Shown here: piece after piece, positions 13,277 to 25,570 of the stretch
How positions within the stretch are numbered: the stretch's first letter is position 1
Layout: the number at the start of each line of letters is the position of its first letter
NCBI RefSeq assembly: GCF_006345805.1
Contig: NC_043015.1
Coordinates: forward strand, 49,910,001-49,974,000
DNA: 64,000 nt
Source: Octopus sinensis
Lineage: Eukaryota
Direction of reading: 5' to 3'
Notes under the pieces: generated by a model
The model's database searches: none
What the model was told of the DNA's origin: nothing
Seen by the model: only the letters and a program-made list of their open reading frames with translations
Translations under genes and position numbers: made by a program

Positions 13277-13501
13277 CTGAAGATTCTGATCGACTATTCC
13301 ATCTTGATGTGGAGCCGTGGTTATCACTCTGAGAATGGCCGAGAAGAGGGGTTCGTTCTGTTGGTGCTGGAGAAATTTCATCATCTTCTGAATCTGATTC
13401 ACTCGCAGAATCTTGGTCTCGAGGAATAACTCGACGTTTGCACACTGGACAGGTCCTTTTGTTCTTGGTGAGCCAAGGGTCAATACATTTGCAATGGTAA
13501 G
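13277..13501 (-). CDS. RNF13: RNF13-like coding exon 9 (RING-H2 C-half, acidic tract, dileucine motif)
   Basis: (A)YHCKCIDPWLTKNKRTCPVCKRRVIP...SESDSEDDE...TERTPLL...SESS; ttgtag acceptor, GTTTGG donor; 225 nt, phase 1/1. Confidence 0.95.
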
Positions 13502-13612
13502 CTACAAGGAAATACAAGGTATGCATTAGAAGAAAATAATAATAATCTTAACTGATACATCTCACACTGTGAGAATAATAACCTTCCATGTAAATATTTT
13601 TTTTTTTGCTCA

Positions 13613-13930
13613 GGCACAGGCATGGCTGTGTGGTAAGAAGCTTGCTTCCCAACCATGAGGTTCTGGGTTCAGTCCCACTGCATAGCACCTTGGGCAAATG
13701 TCTTCTACTGCAACCTTAGGCTGACCAAAGCTTTATGAGTGGATCTGGTGGGCAGAAACTGAAAGAAACCCATTGTATATAAGTGTGTGTGTATAAATAT
13801 ATCCTTATATATGTGTGTGTGTTTGTCCCCCACCATTGCTTGACAACTGGTGTTGGTGTATTTATGCTCTCATAACTAAGTGGTTCAGCAAATGAGACCG
13901 ATAGGATAAGTATCAAGATTAAGAAGTATG
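13613..13930 (+). mobile_element. tRNA-derived SINE, family A (3'-truncated)
   Basis: GGCACAGGCATGGCTGTGTGGTAAGAAGCTTGC head and body. Confidence 0.8.
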
Positions 13931-14354
13931 TGAGAGACTTTAAAGAAAACATGTTGAGGGATGTAAAGGAATAAAAAAAAAACAGCAGAAAAAGGAAAGA
14001 AAAACTGAACAACAGCATGGAAAATTTCTTTCCTTTTTTTCCTCCCCACACACTGCATACAGAAGGACTAAGCTTGGTACATTTTAAGGAAAGAGGATCT
14101 GAAGAAAACCACAGAAGGCATTATAATGGTAGCACAAGTATAGGTCATAAGGAAACCCTGTCTTGCAAGTTGCCTGGTGACCTCACCCACAACAATGAAA
14201 AAGCACCCAGTACATAGTGTAAAGTCGCTGGAGTTAGGAGAGGTGTCTGAAGTTGATATTGGTGCTTGATGCAACCCTACAGCTTGCCAGATCTTGTCAA
14301 ACGATGCAACCCATGTCAGCATGGGAAACGCACGTTAAATGATGATGATGGAGA

Positions 14355-14880
14355 AGGGTATATACCAACTGTGTTGATTATGTCGCAAGAAAGAAGGAGG
14401 CTGTAATCTATTTGGTATCAGCGTGTAAGAAGCTGGCAGAGAAACAATGCAGAGGGGCTGGAGAAGGCAGTTGGGTAAAACACATTAGCTAGAACACCCA
14501 GAAAAGTGTTATGGACAAAGATCGATAAAAAATGGCATGGCAAAAATTTAAAGGGATATGAAATTCGACAGAGACAAAAAACTGGAACACTCAAGACCAG
14601 ATATTGTTGTGTTAGAGAAAGATAATAGAATCTATGTGAGAATAAATCTACCCTGCCCATTTGACATCAGGGTGAAGAAAAAAGATAATGAAAAGAGCAA
14701 TTAAAATGAGAATCTAAAGTAGGAATTAAAAGGGCTTTGGAACTTCAAAGAGAGAATGATTATTTTTGTCATAACAGAATTACTAGGTACAACAGAGTCT
14801 GCAAATATCACCAAATAGTTTTCAACAATCAGCACAGCTATTAACTTTACAACATCATAGAAAACGTATTCCTTTGCCAC
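14355..14880 (+). mobile_element. Degenerate R4/Dong-like LINE fragment (restriction-like endonuclease domain)
   Basis: Frameshifted peptides VSACKKLA, LEHSRPDIVVLEK, CPFDIRVKKKDNEK and LK*ELKGLWN match the CCHC / PD-(D/E)xK region of RLE retrotransposons. Confidence 0.7.
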
Positions 14881-15544
14881 AACTGAATGATGACCCACTT
14901 AACTCTAGCTTACATAGGTTTTTAATGGTTCAACCAATAATTTTACAACAAAATGTTTCCTGTTGTAAACATATATCTATATCTAAATATACATGACTGA
15001 GTAAACAGAATTGCAGAAAGCAGGTCAGATCTAAATATAATTTGTTATATTTCAGAAGCTGACTAACTGGCAGAGATGAAGGGACATATAAATTGAATAT
15101 GTCACCCACAAAAGTTTTAACAGGACTCCACCTTACCAAAGCAGGTCTCATATTAAATGTCAAAATGACAAAAAGAAAAGTCAAGAATTGGTACATATTC
15201 AACAGTTGCAGTTAACACACAACAGATTTGTCTCCCCTGTATTTTTCATTCTTATCAGGATTGTTCTTATCATTAAAGCATGCAATTTTAACTCATAAAA
15301 ATCTCTTCGCTTCATCATGTAAGGACACCAATTCCCAGTTTATTATTAAAAGATATAACTATTAGCTTTACCATTTACTTTCAAGATTTAAAGCATTCCT
15401 GTTAGTACATTTTAAACATTAAAGTTCCAGTAAATCAATGAAATGTCTCTTAACCTTTCTATTATTCAACCCTTTCACATTTCAAAACTAGATGTTTTTG
15501 GTTTTAGTTGTTTCAAATATACAAACTAATCATATTACTGCATA

Positions 15545-15879
15545 TTACTGCCAGCTTAATGGTTAAGGCATTCTGCTCACAATCGGAAGGTTGTGAGTTC
15601 AATTCCCAGCGATGCATTGTATCCCTGGGCAAAATACTTTATTTGACGTTGCTCCTATCCACTCAGCTGGCAAAAATGAGTCATACCTGTATTTCAAAGG
15701 GCCAGCCTTGTCACACTCTGGGTCATGCTGAATCTCCCTGCAAACTACACTGAGGGTACATGTGTCTGTGGAGTACTCAGCCACTTGTACATTAATTTCA
15801 CGAGCAAGCTGTTCCATTGATCGTATCAGCTGGGACCCTTGTCATCGTTACCGACAGAGTGCTCCTTCTTCTAAAAAAA
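15545..15879 (+). mobile_element. Older tRNA-derived SINE sharing its 3' half with family C
   Basis: A and B boxes; CCTGGGCAAAATACTT (CORE-like); 3' half matches the reverse complement of 10516-10700; direct repeat ATTACTGCATA at 15534-15544 and 15880-15890. Confidence 0.8.
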
Positions 15880-16005
15880 ATTACTGCATAACAACCTGAA
15901 TATAGATTACTCATAAAATGACAAAATTATTATGAGATCAAATAACTTTTTTTCTATTGCTAACTAAAAGAATTACTTTGGAATTGCTGCATCTGCAGTC
16001 TAAAT

Positions 16006-16253
16006 CAGTGGCTCTCAACCATTTTTTTGCCCACGGAACCCCTTTGATTCATATTTTATTTGGAGTGGGGAACTCTCAAAGTCTTTCGATGTTTTAAAAC
16101 TTCTTTTATATTTTTATGATTAAATATTATTAGGAATTGTATTTAAAATTGTTTAAGTATTTTGTGTGTTGTACAAAGATAAACAGTTTATTGCAGATAA
16201 ATTTTAACAACAAAATCCTCAAGGGCCATACAGGCCCTTGTTGAGAACCACTG
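16006..16253. mobile_element. hAT (Charlie-like) MITE
   Basis: TIRs CAGTGGCTCTCAAC / GTTGAGAACCACTG; 7/8 TSD GTCTAAAT / GTCAAAAT. Confidence 0.8.
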
Positions 16254-17024
16254 GTCAAAATGTTTGTCTTAGATTTAAATCAAAATTATTAACTATGTAA
16301 AAAGCACCAAGTCCATGCCACGTAAAAAACACTAAATCCACAGAAGTCTGGTGCAAGCTTCTGCCTGGCTGGCTGCTGTTAAACCATCCCACCCATGCCA
16401 ACATGGAAGGTGGATGATGACAATGATGTCACCAGATTTAGAGTCCAACTTCTCAATCTCATTTTGCTTTTTATCTCAATTGTGATCAGATTCATACTTT
16501 TGTTTCTTAATATGAACAAAATTTTTCTATCAAAACACGAAAAATTTGCAAAGATATTTTACTGACAGACCAATTACTCCCTCTATTTTATAGTCAAGGG
16601 AGGTTTTTTTTCTTTACCCCACTTTTTTTCTGTTCTTTTCTTGACTTGCAAGTTACCTGGTGACCTCACTAATGCCAGTGGCATAATACAAAAAAAAAAA
16701 AAAAAAAAAGCATTCATTCTCCAAATATCTTAACATATTTCTCCTCTGAAATAGTTCTGCAAAGTGCGTTAATATAATTTACAAGATGGAAGAGGTAATG
16801 TTAAGATTGTAACGATAGAATGAAAGAATGAAATTAAAAAGAAATTGTATTTTAACTCTTTTGGGACCATATTTCTAATGAGGTCTACCACATGTGTTTT
16901 GATTAATTTCAAAGATAATCAAGCATTCTAAACAATAAAAGCAAATAACTTTCTGTAGTTTAAGATAATATTCAGAACACACCAACAAAAAGGCTGTTAG
17001 ATGAGTGATTTAATTTGTGATGCA

Positions 17025-17473
17025 GATGCATACCGAGAGCTCCATAAAGAAGTGTCGATCTTTCAAGTGGACGGAATGCATGGAATTGGGAGAGCCAAGA
17101 AGACATGAGTCGAAGAACTGAAGAACAGCCTCAGGACGCTGAACCTTTCAGGTGAGATGACAAAGAACGGAGATGCCTGGTGCCTTGCCATACTCAAGAA
17201 GACCCACACCCTGCAGCAAAAGTGTTCAGACCAACCGTTCTGGTGATGTAAAGCACCCATGGCGGTGCCACATAAAAGCGCCTGTACAGTTCCGCATAAA
17301 AGAGCCTGTGACTGTGCTACATAAAGGCACACGGCAAACTCTGTAAAGTGGTTAGCATCCAGCCATAGAATCCATGCCAAATCAGACTGCAGTCTGGTGC
17401 AGCTCCCCAGCTCTGGTCAAACCGTTGAACCCATGCCAGCATGGACAACGGATGTTAAATGATGATGATGATG
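17025..17473 (+). mobile_element. 5'-truncated RTE LINE (ORF C-terminus, 3' UTR, (GAT)n tail)
   Basis: QVDGMHGIGRAKKT*VEELKNSLRTLNLSGEMTKNGDAWC fits the RTE C-terminal G.R.RGRP.KTW...DR..WR pattern; followed by short tandem units and the (GAT)n tail. Confidence 0.8.
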
Positions 17474-17476
17474 TAA

Positions 17477-17750
17477 TCATCATCATCATCTTCGTTTAGC
17501 ATCCGCTTTCCATGCTAGCATGGGTTGGACGGTTCAACTGGGGTCTGGGAAGCCAGAAGGCTGCACCAGGCCCAGTCTGATCTGGCAATGTTTCTACAGC
17601 TGAATGCCATTCCTAACGACAGCCACTCCGTGAGTGTAGTGGGTGATTTTTACGTGCCACCCGCACAGGTGCAAGACGAGGCTGGCAAACGGCCACGATC
17701 GGATGGTGCTTTTTATGTGCCACCGGCATGGGGGCTAGGCAAGGCTGGCA
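17477..17750 (-). mobile_element. RTE LINE 3' tail, inverted relative to the neighbouring copy
   Basis: (CAT)n...CCATGCTAGCATGGGTTGGACGG...; nearly identical to copies at 32200-32450 and 47655-47865. Confidence 0.85.
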
Positions 17751-17805
17751 AAATAGAGTCAGTCTCAAGTGGATTTGTTATTAAGAAGGTTAAAGGTATA
17801 CATAC

Positions 17806-17886
17806 CATGGGCACATGGTAAAACTCTGAGTTTGTCTCCTTCTTCATATTCATCTAAACAGATAGCACAAACATCATAGGATTCAC
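17806..17886 (-). CDS. RNF13: RNF13-like coding exon 8 (RING-H2 N-half)
   Basis: (G)[26 protein letters not shown]; tttcag acceptor, GTATGT donor; 81 nt, phase 1/1. Confidence 0.97.
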
Positions 17887-18324
17887 CTGAAAATTAGAGG
17901 GAAAGTATAACAGAAAAATAATAAAAACTATGATTATTTGAAATAGGAGGTCTTGAAGCAGATAAAGCTATAAATATTTGCATGAACATACTGGGTTAGA
18001 AACCCTTTCAATAGAAAAATTTTGAAAATAAATCTATTTAGTTAATGTTGGATATGGTTGCCATGAATCTAACAGAAACCGGGAAAACTGATGGGACCCA
18101 ACCATTATATTAACTGCATGTCAGGTAACTGCCTTGCTGATTACTACACCACAAAACACCTGTATTACATCTTCCTCCTGCATGGGCGGCTGCTGGTCTT
18201 CCACAAAACAACTTTGCCTGGACATGTGCTTCGGAGGGGAACTTTCTAGGTGCAATCCCACAGTCGTTTGTGATCGAAGGGGGTCCTTTTACATCTCCTC
18301 AAATTCATCACTAATATTTCCACT

Positions 18325-19260
18325 AAGGTGATGTGCTGGCAGAATGGTTACTGCATCGGATAAATGCTTAGCAGCATTTCTTCCGACATTGTGTTCAGAG
18401 TGAAAATTTCACCAAGGTCAACTTTGCCAGTCATTCTCACAGGATTGATAAATTAAGTACTAGTTGGGTACTTGGGGAGGGCACCCGTCCCTCCCAATTG
18501 CTGGGCTTGTGTGTATAGTAGAAAGGAATATTTCTACTCTTTCAAAGGCAGTGAGCTGACAGAAACGTTAGCACGCCGGGTGAAATGCTTAGCAGTATTT
18601 CGTCTGCCGTTACGTTCTGAGGTCAAATGCCGCCGAGGTCGACTTTGCCTTTCATCCTTTTGGGGTCGATAAATTAAGTACCCGTTACGCACTGGGGTCA
18701 ATGTAATCGACTTAATCCGTTTGTCTGTCCTTGTTCATCCCCTCTGTGTCTAGCCCCTTGTGGGTAGTAAAGAAATAGGCATTTCGTCTGCTGTTACGTT
18801 CTAAGTTCAAATTCCTTGTTTGCCCCCTCTATGTTTAGCCCCTTGTGGGCAATAAAGAAATAAGAATCATTAGCATGCTGGGCAAAATGCTTAGCGGTAT
18901 TTCGTCTGCTGTTATGTTCTGAGTTCAAATTCCGCCGAGGTTGACTTTGCCTTTGATCCTTTCAGGGTTGATAAATTAAGTACCAGTTATGCACTGGAGT
19001 TGATGTAATTGACTTAATCCCTTTGTCTGTCCCCTCTATGTTCAGCCCCTTGTGGGCAACAAAGAAATAAGAATCATCAACATGCAGGACAAAATACTTG
19101 GTGGCATTTCGTCTGGTCTTTATGTTCTGAGTTCAAATTCCACTGAGGTCGACTTTGCCTTTCATCTTTACAGGGTCAATAAAACAAATACCATGAAACT
19201 GGGGGTCCATGAAACTGACTCCCCTCCCCAAACTTGCTGGCCCAGTGCCAAAAGTTTGGA
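18325..19260 (+). mobile_element. Head-to-tail cluster of family B SINE copies
   Basis: Four GTCGACTTTGCCTTTCATCC-type cores plus repeated AGCCCCTTGTGGG..AAAGAAATA modules. Confidence 0.85.
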
Positions 19261-19510
19261 ACTAATATTTCTACTATTTCAATTATTTTATCTCCCCAAG
19301 GTAATTAAACTATCAGTCGCTAATTAATAGCAGGACAGACTACTTAACTTAATGTCCGACTGCCAGATGTCCAGCCATGGGAAAATAACAGTACCTCTTT
19401 TTCAAGACAGTGCTCCAGCATGGCCACAGTTTAATGACAGAAACAGGTGATAGATAAGATAAAAAATACCCTACCCTTCATATTTGTTGTGATTCAAAAG
19501 TCATTGTTAC

Positions 19511-19604
19511 CTTTTTTGAATTTTTTCACAGGGATTTTTTTCAGGTGTCTACTGGGAAGACGAGATCGGTGTCTTCTTGCTACATTTCGGCATGATCTTC
19601 CCAT
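19511..19604 (-). CDS. RNF13: RNF13-like coding exon 7 (basic juxtamembrane segment)
   Basis: MGRSCRNVARRHRSRLPSRHLKKIPVKKFKK, matching 'RRNRLRKDQLKKLPVHKFKKG'; ttttag acceptor, GTAACA donor; 94 nt, phase 0/1. Confidence 0.95.
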
Positions 19605-20551
19605 CTAAAAATTAAAAATTTTTAAATTGAAATATTTCCATGTCTTATATTTCTTATATTTACAAATAAAAAAAACCATAAAACCACCATACAAAATATC
19701 CTCCAGAAAGCATGTATAATTTATATATTCCCCTCCACCCCCCAAAAAAACCTAACTGTTCTTAACATAAAATGTATCTAGACCCTTTCTCACTCAACCC
19801 CAAACATCACCACTGGTTTAGGGGTTCTATAACCCAATGGTTGTAGCAGTATCATGAAACATAATCTTCATTTAGCCCTTTGTCCAAAGCATTTTCATAA
19901 GTTCGTCCTAAACATCCATGCGTGTTTTCAGACTTGACACTTTGGACATTTATACAATCCAGATATTCTACTAGTTTTATGTTCAAACTGGCCAGATCTT
20001 GCCTTTTACACTTACCTTACAATGTCATTCTCAAAATAAACAAGCACATCATTGGAATCTGGAAGCTTTGAGATAACGCACGGTTAAAACAAAACAATGT
20101 GAATAAATAACCGTTGTATTTGTCAGAATAATCTGAATGCTAAAGGGTTGATTAGCTTGTTTCATACATTCTGAATAACATATAACACTTGCCTTTCTTA
20201 AGCTTCAAGTTACTCTGGTAGTCAAAAAGAAACTTGCAAATGTACATCATGTACGATGCATGGATGCCAGAGAAACATGTCTTGTGAATCACATGCAAGA
20301 TACAGGACAGGCAAAGGGTTAACTATACCTAGAACCAGTTTAGTGGAACTTTTTTTCACCGACGACCGCTCGGTTCAAAGTCTCCCTTGACCACAAGTGG
20401 CCTGAACTCTTTACATGAACACCACCCTGTACATAACTACATGTCCCCCTACATGGCCTTGCTTTTTTGCTTTTTGAGCCAAAAAATTAACTAACTAACT
20501 TCCCAGTTATAATTTGGGCTAATAAAGTAGCTCAAGTAACATTTGTTTTTA

Positions 20552-20736
20552 TGGCAGAGCTCATCAGATATAATTATGCTTCCATCATCATCATTTAACA
20601 TCTGCTTTCCATGCTAGCATGGGTTGGACGATTTGGTTCGTCAGTTCTCAGTCAAATCATCCAACCCACGCTAGCATGGAAAGCGGACATTAAATGATGA
20701 TGATGAAAGCACAATTATGTCTGACGAGCTCTGCCA
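20552..20736. repeat. Near-perfect palindrome (~80-bp arms) containing RTE tails
   Basis: TGGCAGAGCTCATCAGA...GGACGATTTG pairs with CAAATCATCC...TCTGACGAGCTCTGCCA; loop ~17 nt. Confidence 0.9.
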
Positions 20737-21004
20737 GCCTTAGAGATTACTGGAAGTCTATGCTCATTCTCTCACAGCTAACAGGGTCTACAGAATTTTC
20801 AAACAATGGTAATCAGAGTTGAGTGGCTTAATGACCCAGACTAAACTGGGCCCCACAGGTCTACTGTACTGACACTGATCAGACTAGGACAGTAGGTCTG
20901 TTTCCAGAACCAGTCTAATTAATTAACAATTAATTAAAACAAAAACAAAAAAAAACCAAAGAAACTCAAATCAATGACAAGAATGTTTTTAAAATTAACA
21001 ATGG

Positions 21005-21217
21005 CAAAGGCAGCTATGTGGTTAAGAAGCTTGCTTTGCAATCATGCAGTTTTAGGTTCAAGCCCACTGTACTTAAGCAAATGTCTTTTACTATAGTCCC
21101 AAGTCGACCAATGCACTGAGAGTGAATTTGGAAGACAGAAACTGTGTAAAGGACCATCTCGTGTGTGTGCATGCGCGCATGTGTATGTGTATATATGTAT
21201 GTATGTATATGTGTGTA

Positions 21218-21255
<38 letters not shown>

Positions 21256-21368
21256 CATACACACACACACATATACATATACACATTTACATATACATAT
21301 ATACACACACACATAGATATGCATATATATATGTATGTATATATACACGTATGAACTAACACACATAA

Positions 21369-21411
<43 letters not shown>

Positions 21412-21600
21412 GTCATCACTGCTTGAAGGTGTTGGGTTTTTTACATCCCTGTAACTTAGCAGTTCAGCAAAAAAAATCTGACAGAAAAAGTACAAGCACC
21501 AGACTTAAAAAAAAACAACAACAACAGTAACAAAAATACTGGCGTCTGTTTGACCTAACCTTTCATGATGGTGCTCCAGCATGGCCACAGACCAATAAAC
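21005..21600 (+). mobile_element. Family A SINE with expanded internal (TG/TA/CA)n
   Basis: Head at ~21005, microsatellite 21160-21410, tail GGTGCTCCAGCATGGCCACAG. Confidence 0.8.
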
Positions 21601-22529
21601 AAAACAAGGTAAACATGAAGGAATGTATAATAAAAAAAAATTTCAACAATGATGCAAAAGAAAAAAAAGAACAACAAACCAACATTTGAATGTATGGGGG
21701 AGGTGAGGGGGAGGACTGTCTCCTGGTTGTGGATAGAATCGTGAATAAGCAAAGGAGCAAAGAAGGAAATCAAAGGAAAGAGAGGAAGGTTGGTAGTAAC
21801 GAGAGCAATAAGAACAGAAGCCAACACAAAGGCAGGAGAAAGAGAGAGAGAGCAGTTAACCATTTGAGTTTGGAGATGGTATTTCTAGTCGTAAGAAGAG
21901 TTAAATGTAGAGATGGGAGTCACAGTAGAAGCAGTTTCGTTGTGTTCTTGCCAGAAATGTTCTGTGAATTGTGCTAACGCTATGTATGGATGACTTCAGT
22001 TTACTTGTAACCTCCCCATTCTTATAAACACCAAGTAGATAACTAGCTCGATTTGTGATCATGAGTGCACCAAGCCTCACGTGTGTGTATGCTCACATTT
22101 TTGTGGATGCTTGTACGAGCGACTATAATTGTGCCATGCATTTATACATCCATGTCTGTTAACGGTTATTTCTAATACTTTTCTTGTTGGATTGAGTGTT
22201 CGTTTCTCCTTGTGCCAGCTGTGATTTTATTTTTGATCTTCTATATAAATGAAGATATTTCCTCTGTCTGGCTGCTTTTCTCTCTACAAAACGGAAAGTT
22301 ACATTGCAGAACAGTCATTTTAACGAGTTGTATTTATCAATCACCCGACGAGATACATCTACACCACAGGATGCTCCTGAATCAATTGTGGAGTGTCCCA
22401 CCCAAGAGGAATTGATGCTAGATGTGTCGAAACAACTGTTGAGATTAACAATAAATTCTCGTATATTCCATCTTCTGTCTTTCATTTGTTATATACATAC
22501 ATATATATATATATATATTTTCACTGCAA

Positions 22530-22870
22530 CAAGCTGGCCTGTGCTGGTAGCACGTAAAAAACACCATTCGAGTGTGATCGTTACCTGTGTCGCTTTACTG
22601 GAACTTGTGCTGGTGGCACGTGAAAAAACATTTGAGTGAGGTAGTCGCCAATGCCACTGGACTGGCTCCTGTGCAGGTGACACATAAAAAGCACCATTTG
22701 AGCGTGGCCATTGACAGTACCACCTGACTGGCCCTTGTGCCGGTGGCATGTAAAAGCACCCACTACACTCTCGGAGCGGTTGGCATTAGGAAGAGCATCC
22801 AGCTGTAGAAACTCTGCCAGATCAGATTGAGCCTGGTGCTAGCATGGAAAGGGGACGTTAAACGATGATA
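22530..22870 (+). mobile_element. RTE LINE 3' UTR with ~65-bp tandem units
   Basis: Four GTGCTGGTGGCACGTAAAAAGCACC-like units followed by the standard tail. Confidence 0.8.
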
Positions 22871-23413
22871 TATATATATATATTTATCAGGCACATGCCA
22901 TCAGTAATTACTCAGGGTAGGAAGTTGGAGACCTTTATGTAGTAAAACACACAAAAAAATAAGCGAAACACAGGCACGTGATTGAGTTGGAAGCAGATTT
23001 ACTTCTGCCTTTATAGCACGTAAAGAAAACGTTGTTGTAGGAATGTACACAGCAAGTGTACTACAGCAATACTATACGTAATTTTAATACTGAGATTGAA
23101 AGGCAGGTGCAAATTATGCCTACCTAATCTACAAAAAAATTAATTAATTTTGTATTTTACGCATAATAATCAGAGTAACTTTTATAATTTTATTGAATTA
23201 GGTGTAAATTTGCCATAAAAGGAAAATATTGCTATTGATATATTTTATTCAGTGTAGGCACTGTCTATCTTGCCTACCCAGGCGACACATCCCTGATATA
23301 TATATATATATATATATGTTAATAAAAATGGTAAGACAACAAAAGAAAGAAAGCGACCTCGATATTATGTAAATAGAGGAATATATATGTGTATGTGTAT
23401 ATATATATATATA

Positions 23414-23456
<43 letters not shown>

Positions 23457-24870
23457 CTTTATGTATAAAAGACAGTGACCTGACAGAAATGAAGAACATG
23501 TAGAGAAATAGTTATGCAGATATATAGTTCACTTTGAAACCAAGAGACTACACATTCCATTCTAATGCATAACACTCTGAGCGAGTGTCTTCTATTATGG
23601 CACCAGGCTGACCAATGCTTTAAGAGTAAAACTGGTAGATTGGAACTGTACAGAAATTAGACATGCTGTATTTCCTAGCATACAGGTTAAATTTTGCGGA
23701 CTACATTTTACAGCCAAAAGAAGGTAGGTGAATATATATATATATATATATATATACACACCATGATGGCTTTAGAGGGCAAAAAATTCTATGTGAAATG
23801 CAGCAGGATTCAACATTATATACTACACTGACTTGTATGCCAGAAAAGCTGGTGTGAATGTTTGAAAACGTTTACTTGCATAACATCATTGCAGTGATGG
23901 TGATGTCATCTTTAACGCTCCTATGAAACAATGTCCTGCAGTTCAGCCGTTTCCAACAGGTATAAACCAGTGCAATTATAATACCTTACTTGAAAGACAG
24001 GTATGGGTCGGAGCAACCTGTTGTAAAATATTACCTTGTCCAACCCATTTCAGTACAGAACATAGCCACAATGACAATTATGATGATGCATGAAAGGCAA
24101 GTTCAGTGAACATAGACAAGATTTGAACCCCAACCAATTTTGCCAAATATAGCAAAATTAGGTACATAGAGTTCAGCAGAACAACACACGGTTTAAATTA
24201 GTGAAAGAGAGCAACCCTTGTTTATTCAAAATTATCAGTGCCAAGAAAATGTAAAGAGACGTACAATCTCAGAAATTATACATAATTCTATGAGCCTATT
24301 GTAATAGAGACACCTTTAGATTATGACAGAAAGAGAGAGAGAGAGAGGGGGGTGTATACTAAAGTAGTGGGGAGAACAAGACAGTGGCGAAAGGGTATGT
24401 GACTGAGAGAAAGAGAGAGAGAGAGAGAGAACGAAAGAGAGATGTTAATGGTTTACAGGAATTATCGTGATTGCGCAAGGGGGAATAACTGCAGCAATCA
24501 AAGTGCAGAGCTTACAAACAGCTGCATAATCAGCAGTATTATCATCATTATAAATTCACAGTAAGAAAATGTGGAGGAGGAGGGGGCGGGGAAGAAGAAG
24601 AAGGCGTAGCGGCAAACGTTAGAGTGTTGGGAGAGGTGGTAGCGACAATGCAGAGGGGGAGTAGTGGCAGCAGCTGCAGTGGAGAAAGTGTACAGTAGAG
24701 GAGGGAGAGCATCAGTAACAAGAGCAGAGCGTGAGCGAAGGAGATTCTGGAGCGGAAAAAGAAAAGCGGACAGAGAGAGAGAGAGAGAGAGGGTTAGTGA
24801 GTGACCTGAGAAGCATGGAGACGTATGTATCGGTGGGGTAAGTAGAGGGTTTCTTGCCTACCTGACTTAC

Positions 24871-24976
24871 CATCACAACACAGCCAATCATCAAACATCC
24901 ACCCATCACTGCAGCAAACGGAAACAAGTAGTTCTTCACATTGAAAGGTGGTCGTGGATCAATGGTCACTGTGAAA
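24871..24976 (-). CDS. RNF13: RNF13-like coding exon 6 (transmembrane helix)
   Basis: (I)FTVTIDPRPPFNVKNYLFPFAAVMGGCLMIGCVVM, matching 'YYLIPFLIIVGICLI'; cttcag acceptor, GTAAGT donor; 106 nt, phase 2/0. Confidence 0.93.
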
Positions 24977-25245
24977 CTGAAGCAGAAAGCAAAACATCAT
25001 GTTGTTGTTGGTTTTTTTTTTGGTTTTTTTTTTTTTTTGCAGTAAGACAGTTTTAAAACAGTTATAGCAACATGCTCGAGTGTGCATATATGCATATGTA
25101 GACATGCATGCACAATGACATGGTATTGTTGCTACGTACATATACACACACATATATACATACATACAGACAGACACACACATATGCACACATACATATA
25201 TAAAAAGATATACATCTATACATATATATACACATACAAATATAG

Positions 25246-25281
<36 letters not shown>

Positions 25282-25357
25282 ACACCCACACATTTGGTGA
25301 TGTAAGTAGGAATAAAAAACAACACAAAACACGAGTATATATTTTAATATTATTAAA

Positions 25358-25570
25358 AGGCAGTGAGCTGGCAGAATCGTTAACACGCCAGGCGAAATGC
25401 TTAGCGGTATTTTGACTGCCGCAACATTCTGAGTTCAAATTCCACTGAGGTCAATTTTGCCTTTCATCCTTTCAGGGTCGATAAATTAAGTACCAGTTGC
25501 ATACTGGGGTCGATGTAATTGACTGGCCCTCTCCCCAAAAGTTTCGGGCCTTGTGCCTAGAGTAAAAAAG
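25358..25570 (+). mobile_element. Full-length family B SINE
   Basis: GGCAGTGAGCTGGCAGAATCGTT...GAGTTCAAATTCC...TTGCCTTTCATCCTTTCAGGGTCGATAAA...GGCCTTGTGCCTAG. Confidence 0.85.

Noticed and set aside
22530-22780. Repeat-spacer appearance resembling a CRISPR array (also 52200-52357, 59100-59360, 39655-39800)
   Set aside because: The 'spacers' resemble one another, the arrays sit inside LINE 3' UTRs, there are no cas genes and the context is a eukaryotic intron.
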